A DNA stretch of 64,000 nt. It comes from an uncultured Candidatus Saccharibacteria bacterium. GTDB lineage: Bacteria; Patescibacteriota; Andersenbacteria; UBA10190. The stretch is from contig CAZZHI010000001.1 of the NCBI GenBank assembly GCA_964654145.1, positions 9,956 to 73,955 of the forward strand, given 5' to 3'. Positions 48,660 through 58,364 of this stretch are shown here, piece by piece. Positions within the stretch are counted from its first letter, which is position 1, and every line of letters starts with the position of its first letter. The translations under genes and the position numbers were made by a program. The notes under the pieces are model-generated. The model was not told the origin of the DNA and did no database searches. It worked only from the letters and a program-made list of their open reading frames with translations.

Positions 48660-49597
48660 TGGATAGTAGCTCTGTCATTATAACGGGCGGGGGTGGATTT
48701 GTAGGGAGGCATCTTATTGCGGAGCTTCAGCAAAAATCCTCATTTTCTCGCATTCTTGTTTTTGATACGCATGTTGAGCAGCTCCCCCTTGGCGTTGAGG
48801 GGTACGAGGTTGATATTACTAATCCTAAAACATATCAGCATATTCTTCGTGATAATAATCCGGCATGGATTATTCATCTTGCCGCAGTGAGCTCTGTCGG
48901 TTTTGCGATTGATCATCCAGATATTACAAAAACAGTAAATGTGTTCGCAACTGAACAACTGCTTGAAGTATCAAAAAAGCTTGGAAATGAAACTAAGTTT
49001 CTCATTATAAGCAGCGCGGATATTTATGGTCGTGTTGATTTGGAAATAGTTCCTGAATTACCACTTTCTGGTGCGCATCCTACTAACCCCTATGCACAGA
49101 GTAAGCTCGATATGGAGATGATGATTGAAGAAAAGTATAACGATCGATGCATTCGGGTTCGCCCATTTCCGCACATTGGTCCTGGGCAAAACAAGGGTTT
49201 TGTGACCGCTGATTTTGCATCCCAAATCGCGGCTATCGAGAAAGGGGATCAGGACCCAGTAGTTTCCGTTGGGAATTTGGATGCGAAGAGGGACTTTACA
49301 GATGTTCGTGATGTGGTGCGAGCGTATAATCTTTTACTCGAAAAGGGCCGCATGGGCGAGGTATACCATGTTGCGAGCTCGCAGGCTCACTCTATTTCGG
49401 ATGTGTTAGCAACAATGCTATCTATGAGTAGTGTTGCTATCGAAGTTTCTCAAGATGCTTCTCGAATGAGGCCTTCTGACACCCCTATTCTTATAGGGTC
49501 GGCTGAAAAAATATTCTTAGAAACAGCCTGGAAGCCAGAAATTTCATTTGAGACTTCCCTCAAAGATGTTTTGAATGACTGGCGAGGGCGATCTTAG
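48659..49597 (+). CDS. rmd: GDP-4-keto-6-deoxy-mannose reductase (Rmd-like)
   Basis: TGGGGFVG, HLAAVS, PYAQSK, RPFPHIGPGQ, GNLDAKRDFTDVRDVV, RPSD; follows gmd. Confidence 0.8.
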   Translation: MDSSSVIITGGGGFVGRHLIAELQQKSSFSRILVFDTHVEQLPLGVEGYEVDITNPKTYQHILRDNNPAWIIHLAAVSSVGFAIDHPDITKTVNVFATEQLLEVSKKLGNETKFLIISSADIYGRVDLEIVPELPLSGAHPTNPYAQSKLDMEMMIEEKYNDRCIRVRPFPHIGPGQNKGFVTADFASQIAAIEKGDQDPVVSVGNLDAKRDFTDVRDVVRAYNLLLEKGRMGEVYHVASSQAHSISDVLATMLSMSSVAIEVSQDASRMRPSDTPILIGSAEKIFLETAWKPEISFETSLKDVLNDWRGRS

Positions 49598-51453
49598 TTA
49601 GTTCTATACAGCGTGTATGGCCCATAGGACGCTACCGCGTTCCAGGTTGGCCGTATGATAAGTGATTTGAATACTATGTTCTCCTGAGGGCCTACGAGTA
49701 CGTAGCGAGGATCTTCGCCTTCTATAGTGTTGGTCATTTCTGCAAAGTAGCTTTTTATCTCCCTTTCTCTTTCCCAAGGCGTTCCTCCATGGCTCCATAT
49801 ATGGGCGGGGTATCCTAGGAAGATTGATCTTCCGGATAGTATTGCGGGAGAATTGTGTACAGGGGCTGTGAGGACGGGGATTTTGGGTGGAACAATTCTT
49901 TGTATCGCTCTAGCCATATATATGCCATTTTGATCCCATTCGAGCCATGTTGTTGCTGTTGGCAGTGTTAGTTTGTAGATATCGAGTATTCCAGCAAAAA
50001 TATGAATAAAGATGACCCCCAAAACTCCAAGACGTATCCAGATTCTTGGAGTTCGTTTTATGAGCGTTGCTGCGCACCATGCGATAATTGGAAGAATAAA
50101 AATAAGCCAAAATACAAATAGTTTGAAGTTGTCCCATGCCCATGGGGCAAATAAAAATGTGTCCGCAAGAATAAATAAGAATGTTCCCGCTCCTGTTAGC
50201 GCTTTTGCGCTTTTGGGTACTTTTTTGATACATAGGGCGGCAATACTTAAGGGGATGTATATTCCGGTATTTTGGATCCAGTAGACAATGTGATTTATTG
50301 TTCCAGCCATCCACCCCGGACCATATCTGAAAAAGGAACCTTCTACGGCGCTTCCGTTCATATAGAAGAAAAGTTCGGGTATTCCAATAAGGAGCGCAGA
50401 GCAAAAAAAGCGAACCCAAAAACTGCGAACCGGGTAGCATATAAGCATTGCAAGAATTGCTGCGGAGAGCGCGATACAGGCATGTGCATGAAAGAGTGGG
50501 AGCATTCCGGCGAGAAGGCCAGCAACTATTGGTGCGTACTGCCTCTTCATTCTCTTGGGGTGAATAAGAAGGAGTACCGATAATACGATAGGTATTCCAA
50601 ACAACATTGCTCGTTGTGGAAGAAGAAGGGATGTTACGGGGTTTAAAAAGTGAAAGCCATTTACGTCAGTTCCTACGCCCGAATAATCTCTTGTGGGCAG
50701 GTGCAAAAAGAATTCTCCGATTGAAGTTGTACTTGCTGCAATATCTGAGGGAAGTCGAATCCAGCCAAGTGCGGCGCCTCCAAATAAAAATAATGCGCAT
50801 GCAATAATGCCGGCCTGTTTAGATTCTCCATAATCTTTTCCAACGATATATATAAGAACCAGGAGGCAGGGAATTAATAATATTGCTGGTACATTTATGC
50901 TTGCTGCAAGCGATGATCCTAGGCTTACCATTGTTGCGCTAATAAGGTTTGCAAGAAAAGGATAGGTGAGCTTTTCGCCAGTAAATATAGGATCTTCCAT
51001 TGGCAGTGTGCCTTGTTCTGATAGCCCCATAATAATTGCGCCGTGCCACCCAATATCCCCGTATGCGTTTATAATCCCGGTGTATAAACCATCTGGTCGC
51101 TCTATAAGGAGTTTTGATCCGATAATGCTAAATAGAATTATTGATACAATAAAAATACCGCCTCCTATCCAATCTGTTTTCATGTTTCGCAATTGGTAGA
51201 AAATTTTGGGATGGAGTATCGATATGGCGATAGTGCAAAATAAGCCAAGTTGAATGGCAACGCTTAGGGGTGTTATTGGGACAATGTAAGCTGTCGCATA
51301 CGCAATAGTTCCATAGAGCGTTACGCCCAATACGCTCCCAACGCTATATGTAAGTATTTTTTCTCGAAATAGTTTAAGCCAGGATACCAGAGCAACGCCT
51401 GCAAATGCAGGAATCAGAAGTGTTATTGCAGCAATGAGCCATTGGTATACCAT
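49594..51453 (-). CDS. Polytopic membrane protein, GT-C-like glycosyltransferase candidate
   Basis: Many TMs; loop YGDIGWH...DPIFTGEKLTYPF; LPQR; C-terminal soluble SGR..LGY..WSHG domain. Confidence 0.6.
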   Translation of the reverse strand: MVYQWLIAAITLLIPAFAGVALVSWLKLFREKILTYSVGSVLGVTLYGTIAYATAYIVPITPLSVAIQLGLFCTIAISILHPKIFYQLRNMKTDWIGGGIFIVSIILFSIIGSKLLIERPDGLYTGIINAYGDIGWHGAIIMGLSEQGTLPMEDPIFTGEKLTYPFLANLISATMVSLGSSLAASINVPAILLIPCLLVLIYIVGKDYGESKQAGIIACALFLFGGAALGWIRLPSDIAASTTSIGEFFLHLPTRDYSGVGTDVNGFHFLNPVTSLLLPQRAMLFGIPIVLSVLLLIHPKRMKRQYAPIVAGLLAGMLPLFHAHACIALSAAILAMLICYPVRSFWVRFFCSALLIGIPELFFYMNGSAVEGSFFRYGPGWMAGTINHIVYWIQNTGIYIPLSIAALCIKKVPKSAKALTGAGTFLFILADTFLFAPWAWDNFKLFVFWLIFILPIIAWCAATLIKRTPRIWIRLGVLGVIFIHIFAGILDIYKLTLPTATTWLEWDQNGIYMARAIQRIVPPKIPVLTAPVHNSPAILSGRSIFLGYPAHIWSHGGTPWEREREIKSYFAEMTNTIEGEDPRYVLVGPQENIVFKSLIIRPTWNAVASYGPYTLYRTN

Positions 51454-51462
51454 ATACGTATT

Positions 51463-52869
51463 ATGAATAGTATAACCTTCTTTGGCGGAGCTGGAAGTGT
51501 CACGGGCAGTAAGCATCTTGTCGAAATTGCTGGGAAGAGAATCTTATTAGATTGTGGTACGTTCCAAGGGCTGCCAGATGTTCGTTCTCGAAATAGAGTA
51601 TTTTCCTTTCCTCCCGATTCTATCGATGCTGTAGTTATTTCTCATTCTCATTTGGATCATATTGGAATGCTCCCCCTTCTTGTAAAGCGTGGGTATGCCG
51701 GAAAAATTTTCTCTACCCCCGCTACGAAAGACGTTGCGTCTTACATGCTTTCGGATTCAGCTGCTATTGAAATGCAGGACGTTTTGTATCGCCAGAAGCA
51801 TCATTTTGGTTCTCCTGATGAGCGAGAGCCGTTATTTGTGTTAGAGGATGTTTCCACAACTTTGGATCGATTTATAACATTTCCGTATGCTCGGGAGGAT
51901 GATTCCTGGCATGAAATACTCCCAGGGGTTTCTTTGAAGTTTTATGACGCCGGGCATATTTTAGGGTCCTCTATTATCGTATTGCGTTACGAAGAAGATG
52001 GTGCTGTAAAGCATGTTGCGTATACAGGGGATGTTGGCCCTAAGGGCGTACCCCTTTTGCATGATCCAGAAGTTCCTAAGGAGGAAATACATACACTTCT
52101 TATGGAAAGTACATATGGAAACAGAAAGCATTCTCCTCTTGTTGAAGCTGAGGATCGATTAGTTGAAGAGATTATAAAAATCCACAAAAGAAAGGGAGTT
52201 ATTGTTGTACCAGCATTTTCTCTTGGTCGAACACAGATGTTGGTCTATACAATTCACAAGCTTGTTGACTCTGGGCGCATCCCTCGATTTCCAATTTTTG
52301 TAGATTCTCCGCTTGCTACCGATATTACGGATATATATCGGAACTATCATAAAGAATACGATAAAGAAGCGGGCACGGATTTTTCTCGTACAGGGGAGGT
52401 TCCTCTAGAGTTTCGAAATTTGGAATATATTCGATCTGCTGAAGAGTCAAAACGTCTAAATGGGAAGCCGGGACCTTTTATGATTATTTCCGCTTCCGGA
52501 ATGATGACTGCAGGCCGAGTAGTCCATCATCTTCGCAATACTATTACCGACCCTAAAAATGCAGTTTTTATAACTGGGTATCAAGCAATCGGTACAACAG
52601 GAAGAAAAATTTTAAGCGGAGCTGACCAAGTAGAGCTCCATGGGCAGTGGTATAAGATCGGGGCGGAGGTATTGTTGTTCAATGAATTTTCTGCGCATGC
52701 AGATGCGGAGCAGCTTACGGAACTGGCCTCTCGTATTCATGGGCTTTCTACAATAGCTCTTGTTCATGGGGAGGTACGGGAATCAGAGGCGCTTAAGGTA
52801 GCGTTGAAGCAGAAAAACGATCAGTGGGAAATTGTTTTATCTAGTGAGGGAAAATCTATTTCCATTTAG
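51463..52869 (+). CDS. Metallo-beta-lactamase/beta-CASP ribonuclease
   Basis: GSVTGS, SHSHLDH, AGHILGS, MESTYG, PAFSLGR, FSAHAD, VHGE. Confidence 0.92.
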   Translation: MNSITFFGGAGSVTGSKHLVEIAGKRILLDCGTFQGLPDVRSRNRVFSFPPDSIDAVVISHSHLDHIGMLPLLVKRGYAGKIFSTPATKDVASYMLSDSAAIEMQDVLYRQKHHFGSPDEREPLFVLEDVSTTLDRFITFPYAREDDSWHEILPGVSLKFYDAGHILGSSIIVLRYEEDGAVKHVAYTGDVGPKGVPLLHDPEVPKEEIHTLLMESTYGNRKHSPLVEAEDRLVEEIIKIHKRKGVIVVPAFSLGRTQMLVYTIHKLVDSGRIPRFPIFVDSPLATDITDIYRNYHKEYDKEAGTDFSRTGEVPLEFRNLEYIRSAEESKRLNGKPGPFMIISASGMMTAGRVVHHLRNTITDPKNAVFITGYQAIGTTGRKILSGADQVELHGQWYKIGAEVLLFNEFSAHADAEQLTELASRIHGLSTIALVHGEVRESEALKVALKQKNDQWEIVLSSEGKSISI

Positions 52870-53086
52870 GATTGTCTGGGTGCCATTGGCTATTATGCTC
52901 CGCCGCTTTTCGAATAGCTTCTTCATGCTTTTCCATTCGTAAGGGCATACCTTTCCCAAACAGTGCATTTGCGAGTAGTAGCCCAACGATAAAGCCCGGT
53001 CCGAATCCTGTTACAAAATACACGAGAATAAACGCAGCTATCCTTACGATATCTGCGGATAGCTGTATGATGCTCGAGGTATCCAT
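52856..53086 (-). CDS. Small membrane protein (76 aa)
   Basis: Hydrophobic core FILVYFVTGFGPGFIVGLLLA, charged tail. Confidence 0.6.
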   Translation of the reverse strand: MDTSSIIQLSADIVRIAAFILVYFVTGFGPGFIVGLLLANALFGKGMPLRMEKHEEAIRKAAEHNSQWHPDNPKWK

Positions 53087-53093
53087 ACTCGGA

Positions 53094-53207
53094 TTAATAT
53101 CTTAGCTTACTTGCTTGCATGAGGATAAATGTAATGACAAGCCCCAGCAGCATACCTACAATAAAAAAAGCTCCCCAGAGAATTGCATGATCAAGTAATG
53201 AGCTCAT
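53094..53207 (-). CDS. Small single-TM protein (37 aa, absent from ORF track)
   Basis: MSSLLDHAILWGAFFIVGMLLGLVITFILMQASKLRY; TACCAT 6 nt before ATG; 7-nt gap to next gene. Confidence 0.6.
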   Translation of the reverse strand: MSSLLDHAILWGAFFIVGMLLGLVITFILMQASKLRY

Positions 53208-53245
53208 ACTGCTATGGTACACAATAGAGTATACTTTTAGCTAGT

Positions 53246-53854
53246 ATGATCACTGATATATCGCGGCCTATTCACCCCCATATGGCAATCTATCCCCAGA
53301 ATCCAGCTGTAAGGATTACCACTATTCGGGAAGCCTCTTCCGGGAAAACGGCTCTTAGTGAGATTACGCTAGGCTCCCATACAGGGACACATATTGATGC
53401 TCCTTCCCATATTCATTTAGGGGGTAGGGGGGTAGATGTATATCCACTCGAGCAGCTCATTGGAGATGCTCAGCTGGTAGAAATTGACCCCTCTATTGAA
53501 ACTATTAATGGGCAGGATATACCTCCTACTTCCTGTGAGCGTGTTTTGTTAAAGACGAAAAACTCTCAAAACGATATAGATACATTCGAGGATTCATTTA
53601 CTGCGTTATCAGAAGATGGCGCCCAGGAACTCCTTCGTCGAAATATCCGCTTAATTGGAATAGACGGTTTTTCTATTAAAAAACGAGGGGTCGTTGATCG
53701 AGTGCATGAACTATTATTGGATGCGGGAGTCGTTGTAATAGAGGGGTTGTATTTGCGCCAGGCTGCTATCGGGGATTATCGGCTTATATGCTTACCTTTG
53801 CCAGTTGTTGGGGTTGATGGTGTGCCTGTTAGGGCAGTCCTTGATTCTCGATAA
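53246..53854 (+). CDS. Cyclase-family (KynB-like) metal-dependent hydrolase
   Basis: HTGTHIDAPSH, IGID, H..LL, IEGL, DG.PVRA. Confidence 0.9.
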   Translation: MITDISRPIHPHMAIYPQNPAVRITTIREASSGKTALSEITLGSHTGTHIDAPSHIHLGGRGVDVYPLEQLIGDAQLVEIDPSIETINGQDIPPTSCERVLLKTKNSQNDIDTFEDSFTALSEDGAQELLRRNIRLIGIDGFSIKKRGVVDRVHELLLDAGVVVIEGLYLRQAAIGDYRLICLPLPVVGVDGVPVRAVLDSR

Positions 53855-53876
53855 GAAATAGACTATCACTACTGAT

Positions 53877-55757
53877 ATGCACGTTGAACCTCTTATGTTA
53901 GGGGATCGAAAAATCGGTCCAGGGTATCCAGCATTTATTATTGCCGAAGCAGGAATAAATCATAATGGAAGTATTGAGCGCGCGTATGCGCTTATTGATG
54001 CTGCTAAGGATGCGGGGGCTGATGCTGTAAAGTTTCAAAAGCGAAATCTCGCTGAAACGTATCAAAAGAAAATTTTGGATAATCCAAATAGCGCTGAGCA
54101 AAAATATCAGTACTTAATTCCCCTTTTAAAAGAATTTGAACTTCCCGACTCTGCCTTTGTTGAAATGGAGCGCTATGCCGAGAAGAGAAATATTATATTT
54201 ATGGTAAATCCGTGGGATAAAAAAAGTGCGGATGCTATAGAAGAGTTGCTTCATGTGCCTTTGTATAAAGTTGGCTCTCCTGATTTTACAAATAACGAGC
54301 TATTGGAATATATTGCGAAAACAAAAAAACCCATGATTGTTTCTACTGGCATGGCGCAAGATGCTGAAATTGAAACTGGAATGGCATTCATTAAAACGCT
54401 CGGCGTTCCATTTGCTGTGTTGCATTGTAACAGTACATACCCTGCTCCCTTTGATGAAATTAATTTAAAGTATATGGACACCCTGACCAAATATGGTGTT
54501 CCTGTTGGGTACTCTGGTCATGAGCGTGGAATTGCCGTCTCTATTGGAGCCGTTGCTCGGGGCGCTTCTATTATTGAGCGACATATTACGGTTGATAAAA
54601 ATCTAGATGGCCCAGACCATAAGGCTTCATTGTTGCCTGATGAATTTAAGGAAATGGTTTCTGGTATTCGCGAGGTAGAGCGCGCAATTGGAAACCCTAT
54701 TAAAAAGCTTTCTCGGGGAGAAATTATGAATCGAGAATTATTGGCGAAAAGCATTGTTGCTAAGGTGTTTATTGCTGAAGGTGCGGTTATAACCCGAGAG
54801 ATGCTCACTACAAAAAGTCCCGCTAAAGGACTATCTCCTCAGAAAATGGATCAAATTGTGGGAACTGTGGCGTCTCGTGATATTCCGGAGGGTGACGCCT
54901 TAACTGAAGATGATCTAAGCGCTTCTGACATTGCCTCTACATTTTCCTCGGAGGATATTGCCTGGAAATGGGGGCCTGTTGTGAGATGGAAAGATTTTGA
55001 ATCGTATTTACCCTATAACCCTTCTTTGTTTGAGTTTCATTTGAGTGATAAAGATTTAGATGAAGCGATACCGAAGGGTACATTCTCTCAAGAAGTGATC
55101 GTTCATGCGCCAGAATACATGAAGCGTGTCTACTTAAACCCAGCATCGGAAGATGCTGATGAGCGCAAGGCGACAATTAAAATCCTTCAAAAGAGTGTGG
55201 ATATTGCTCGTTTATTGGGCGAATCTTTTGTTGGAACCCCAAAGTTTATTATCCATCCTGGCGGGATTACTCTTACGAAGTCCGATCACCCCAAACAGTT
55301 ACTCGAAATATTTGCCGACACCCTTTCGCAACTCAAGTCGGACGGAGTTGAAATATTGCCAGAAAATCTCCCCCCACGCCCATGGGTGTTTGGGGGTGAG
55401 TGGGTGACAAATATTTTTATGCTCGCAGGCGAAATTGAAGAATTCTTAAAATCCACTGGTTACAATATGTGTTTTGACACTTCTCATGCTGCACTTTCTT
55501 GTAATGCGTTTGGTGAAGATTTGCTAGCTATGATTACTCAGCTGCAACCATACATTCGACATTTGCATGTGGCGGACGGAAGTGGAACCGGTGAAGAGGG
55601 ACTTCAAATTGGTCAGGGTACGGTGGATTTTGGAACATTGCTAGCTCCGCTAGCTGGGTATAAACACACGATGGTTCCTGAAATTTGGCAGGGGCATTTA
55701 CATGGAGGAAAGGGATTTTTGCAGGCGATGGAGCATTTGAAGCCCTACTTGAAATAA
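53877..55757 (+). CDS. neuB: NeuB-family nonulosonic acid synthase plus SAF plus xylose-isomerase-like TIM-barrel fusion
   Basis: IAEAGINHNG, VKFQ, STGM, HCNSTYP, GYSGHE, IERH, DHKASL; C-terminal ENLPP, DTSH, HLHVAD, PEIWQGH. Confidence 0.9.
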   Translation: MHVEPLMLGDRKIGPGYPAFIIAEAGINHNGSIERAYALIDAAKDAGADAVKFQKRNLAETYQKKILDNPNSAEQKYQYLIPLLKEFELPDSAFVEMERYAEKRNIIFMVNPWDKKSADAIEELLHVPLYKVGSPDFTNNELLEYIAKTKKPMIVSTGMAQDAEIETGMAFIKTLGVPFAVLHCNSTYPAPFDEINLKYMDTLTKYGVPVGYSGHERGIAVSIGAVARGASIIERHITVDKNLDGPDHKASLLPDEFKEMVSGIREVERAIGNPIKKLSRGEIMNRELLAKSIVAKVFIAEGAVITREMLTTKSPAKGLSPQKMDQIVGTVASRDIPEGDALTEDDLSASDIASTFSSEDIAWKWGPVVRWKDFESYLPYNPSLFEFHLSDKDLDEAIPKGTFSQEVIVHAPEYMKRVYLNPASEDADERKATIKILQKSVDIARLLGESFVGTPKFIIHPGGITLTKSDHPKQLLEIFADTLSQLKSDGVEILPENLPPRPWVFGGEWVTNIFMLAGEIEEFLKSTGYNMCFDTSHAALSCNAFGEDLLAMITQLQPYIRHLHVADGSGTGEEGLQIGQGTVDFGTLLAPLAGYKHTMVPEIWQGHLHGGKGFLQAMEHLKPYLK

Positions 55758-55773
55758 CATACGCTTGATTTAT

Positions 55774-56562
55774 ATGATCCCTATTTACAAGTATCACGCT
55801 GAAGACTTTGATCGAGAACGTGCCTGGAACGACAGGTATCGTTCTATGTATTCAGGAGAAAAAAGTTTTGGCGAATATGAAAAACAATCTTTTTGGCAGC
55901 AACTTAAAGGCTATTTAAAAAAAGAGGGGAAGTATTTAGATGCGGGATGTGGAATTGGCGGATGGGTATTGTTTTTGAATGAGCAGGGCTTTCTTACTGA
56001 GGGAATTGATTCCAATTCGAGTGCAGTACGCGCTCTTACTGAATATGATCCTGATATTGTAGTAAGGATTGCAGGTACTGATGCTATTCCATACGGTAAC
56101 GAAACGTTTGACGGTATTATTTCTATTGGTTCATTGGAATATACAGAAGGGGCAATAGAAAAATCATTTCAAGAAATGTATCGCACGCTGAAAAAAGGCG
56201 GGTTCATTTGCGTGGAAGTTCCCCTCTTCAACACGATTCGAAAAGTTTTATACGTACCGCTTAAGCGCTTGGAGAGCTTTATGAAAAAATCCCAAGGAGT
56301 AACTCCTGATTTTGCGTACTACTTGTTTGATCGAAACGAGTTGGAGAACATGATTACGAATGCAGGTTTTACAATCGACACCGTAGCTGCTCACGATTTA
56401 CCGGATGCAAATAGTCATTTCGGGTTGTACGCAAACTGGCCGCTGCTCCGAGGCGAAAAGCCATACGAATTAAATGCGCTTGGAAGAGTTGTAAAAGCAA
56501 TCGCAAACAGCATTTCTCCGTGGATCGCTTCTGCTGGAGTTGTGGTTATTGCGAAAAAGTGA
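55774..56562 (+). CDS. Class I SAM-dependent methyltransferase
   Basis: YLDAGCGIG, GID, FDGIIS, LKKGG. Confidence 0.88.
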   Translation: MIPIYKYHAEDFDRERAWNDRYRSMYSGEKSFGEYEKQSFWQQLKGYLKKEGKYLDAGCGIGGWVLFLNEQGFLTEGIDSNSSAVRALTEYDPDIVVRIAGTDAIPYGNETFDGIISIGSLEYTEGAIEKSFQEMYRTLKKGGFICVEVPLFNTIRKVLYVPLKRLESFMKKSQGVTPDFAYYLFDRNELENMITNAGFTIDTVAAHDLPDANSHFGLYANWPLLRGEKPYELNALGRVVKAIANSISPWIASAGVVVIAKK

Positions 56563-56569
56563 CCCGCAG

Positions 56570-56596
56570 GTCATCCCGGACTTGATCCGGGATCCA
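56570..56596. repeat. REP-like palindrome
   Basis: GTCATCCCGGA-CTTGA-TCCGGGATCCA hairpin. Confidence 0.7.
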
Positions 56597-56608
56597 CGTC
56601 GTGCTATT

Positions 56609-56671
56609 CCCCTCACCCCATCCCTCTCCCCAACTCAAAACCGCGCCTGTTGGCGCGGAGAAGGGAGAGGG
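56609..56671. repeat. CCCCTCACCC...CCCTCTCCC/GGGAGAGGG palindromic element with nested hairpin
   Basis: CCCTCTCCC pairs with GGGAGAGGG; internal CCGCGCC-TGTT-GGCGCGG. Confidence 0.65.
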
Positions 56672-56683
56672 CGATAGATTGAA

Positions 56684-57421
56684 TTACCACGCAGTCCAAC
56701 CACCATCTACTACCAGGTTTGAGCCAGTCATGTAGCTGGATGCATCAGATGCCAAAAATACGAGTGGCCCGCCCACTTCTTCCGGGTTCGCCATGCGACC
56801 CATAGGAGTTCGGGCGCCGTACGCATCAGTAAATTCTTTTCCATGGCCATGGAGTACTCCGCCGAGTGTAAGGGTGTTTGCACGTATTCCTTTATCTCCG
56901 TATGTTGTTGCAAGGAATTTCGTGAGCATTACAACGCCGCCTTTGGTCAAGAAGTAATCAACGGGCTTCTGGGTTCCATTCGGATAAATGCGCTGGTCAG
57001 GACCCGTTACTCCGTAAATGGAAGATATGTTAATGATGTTACCGGACCCTGCTTCAAGCATGTGTCGTACAGCTTCCTGCGCAACGAGCGTATAGCCAAG
57101 TAGGTTCACGTCGAGGCTCTGCCTGATGAGTTCTTCCGGATAGTTCTCAAACAGCTTTGTGTTCTGGGCTGCGTCGGGCTCAAACTTCGGATCAATTGCG
57201 GCGTTGTTAATGACAATGTCTATCTTGCCGTGCATCTCTTTCGCTTTTGTAAATGCAGCAGCTATAGATGATGCATTTGTTACGTCCATTTGAACGTCCG
57301 CATCTTCGCCCCTGTCTGTAATAATTACCGTTGCACCTGCTTCTTGTAATGCCTTAATAAAGTATCCACCGAGGAAACCTTTTCCGCCGGTTATAAGTAC
57401 GATTTTGTTTGTGAGTTCCAT
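56684..57421 (-). CDS. SDR oxidoreductase (PtmA-like)
   Basis: TGGKGFLG, NNAA, ISSIYG, YFLTK, VDGGWTAW. Confidence 0.9.
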   Translation of the reverse strand: MELTNKIVLITGGKGFLGGYFIKALQEAGATVIITDRGEDADVQMDVTNASSIAAAFTKAKEMHGKIDIVINNAAIDPKFEPDAAQNTKLFENYPEELIRQSLDVNLLGYTLVAQEAVRHMLEAGSGNIINISSIYGVTGPDQRIYPNGTQKPVDYFLTKGGVVMLTKFLATTYGDKGIRANTLTLGGVLHGHGKEFTDAYGARTPMGRMANPEEVGGPLVFLASDASSYMTGSNLVVDGGWTAW

Positions 57422-57425
57422 AGCG

Positions 57426-58364
57426 CTAGTCTACCTTGGGCCACTTCGCTGGGTCAATTTGGTTCGTATCGGAAATTGCGAGCGGTAAAAGTTCTTGGAG
57501 AATATCTGGCGCCAATTGCCCTGTATTTGCGGCCTCAATTGCGCTTTGGAGGTGGTGCGGTTTTGTTGTACCGATCAACACCGTGGAAACGGCCGGATTG
57601 GAAATGGCGAATCGAATCGCGAGGGTTGGTAGGTCTATGCCAGCTTGCTGGGCAATGGTCGCTGCTTTATCGCTTATTTCTTGCAAGGCGGCGAGGCTAG
57701 GATGTAGCTTTTCTCGCACATTTGTGAGAGCGCCTTTTAGGAGTACTGAACGATTAATAATTCCTACATTGGCTGTTTGAGCTTGAGGGAGGACTGCTTG
57801 GGCCATACGCTGATCTGCAATGCTGTATGCCACCTGCATCGTTTCAAAAAAGCCTGTGTTGAGTGCAGCCAAGGCCGCCGCCTCTCCTCTGATTGCTACT
57901 CCTGCGTGAAGAATTTTTTGCTCATCTTGAAGCTTTTGGAATATTTCTATTATGGCAGAAAAATCAGTGTAATCTTCCAATTCATTGTGAAATTGTACGA
58001 GTTGTAATACTTCTTGGCCCAGATTTTTTCGGCTCATATCTATTTCTTCGCGGATGCGCTGCTCGAGTTCAGCGGGGGAAAGTGTGGGTTCGTTTTTTAA
58101 AAACTGTCCGCATTTGGTTCCGATAACAACGTTCGGATTTTGAGTGATATTGGATTTTCCAATACGCTCTTCTGCAAGTCCGTATCCCCGAGCCGTGTCG
58201 ATGTAGGTGATGCCCATCTCTACCGCAGTTTTTAAAATTGTAATCGCCTCCTGTTCACTGGGCAGTGAAACAGGACCGATGCCATAAGGAATTCCAATCT
58301 CTACGGTTCCAAGGCCGATTTTGGATACATTAAGTCCGGTTTTTCCTAATAGCGTTGTGTTCAT
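57426..58364 (-). CDS. Aldo/keto reductase
   Basis: IGLGT, IDTARGYG.AEERIG, GTK, RSVLLKGAL. Confidence 0.9.
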   Translation of the reverse strand: MNTTLLGKTGLNVSKIGLGTVEIGIPYGIGPVSLPSEQEAITILKTAVEMGITYIDTARGYGLAEERIGKSNITQNPNVVIGTKCGQFLKNEPTLSPAELEQRIREEIDMSRKNLGQEVLQLVQFHNELEDYTDFSAIIEIFQKLQDEQKILHAGVAIRGEAAALAALNTGFFETMQVAYSIADQRMAQAVLPQAQTANVGIINRSVLLKGALTNVREKLHPSLAALQEISDKAATIAQQAGIDLPTLAIRFAISNPAVSTVLIGTTKPHHLQSAIEAANTGQLAPDILQELLPLAISDTNQIDPAKWPKVD

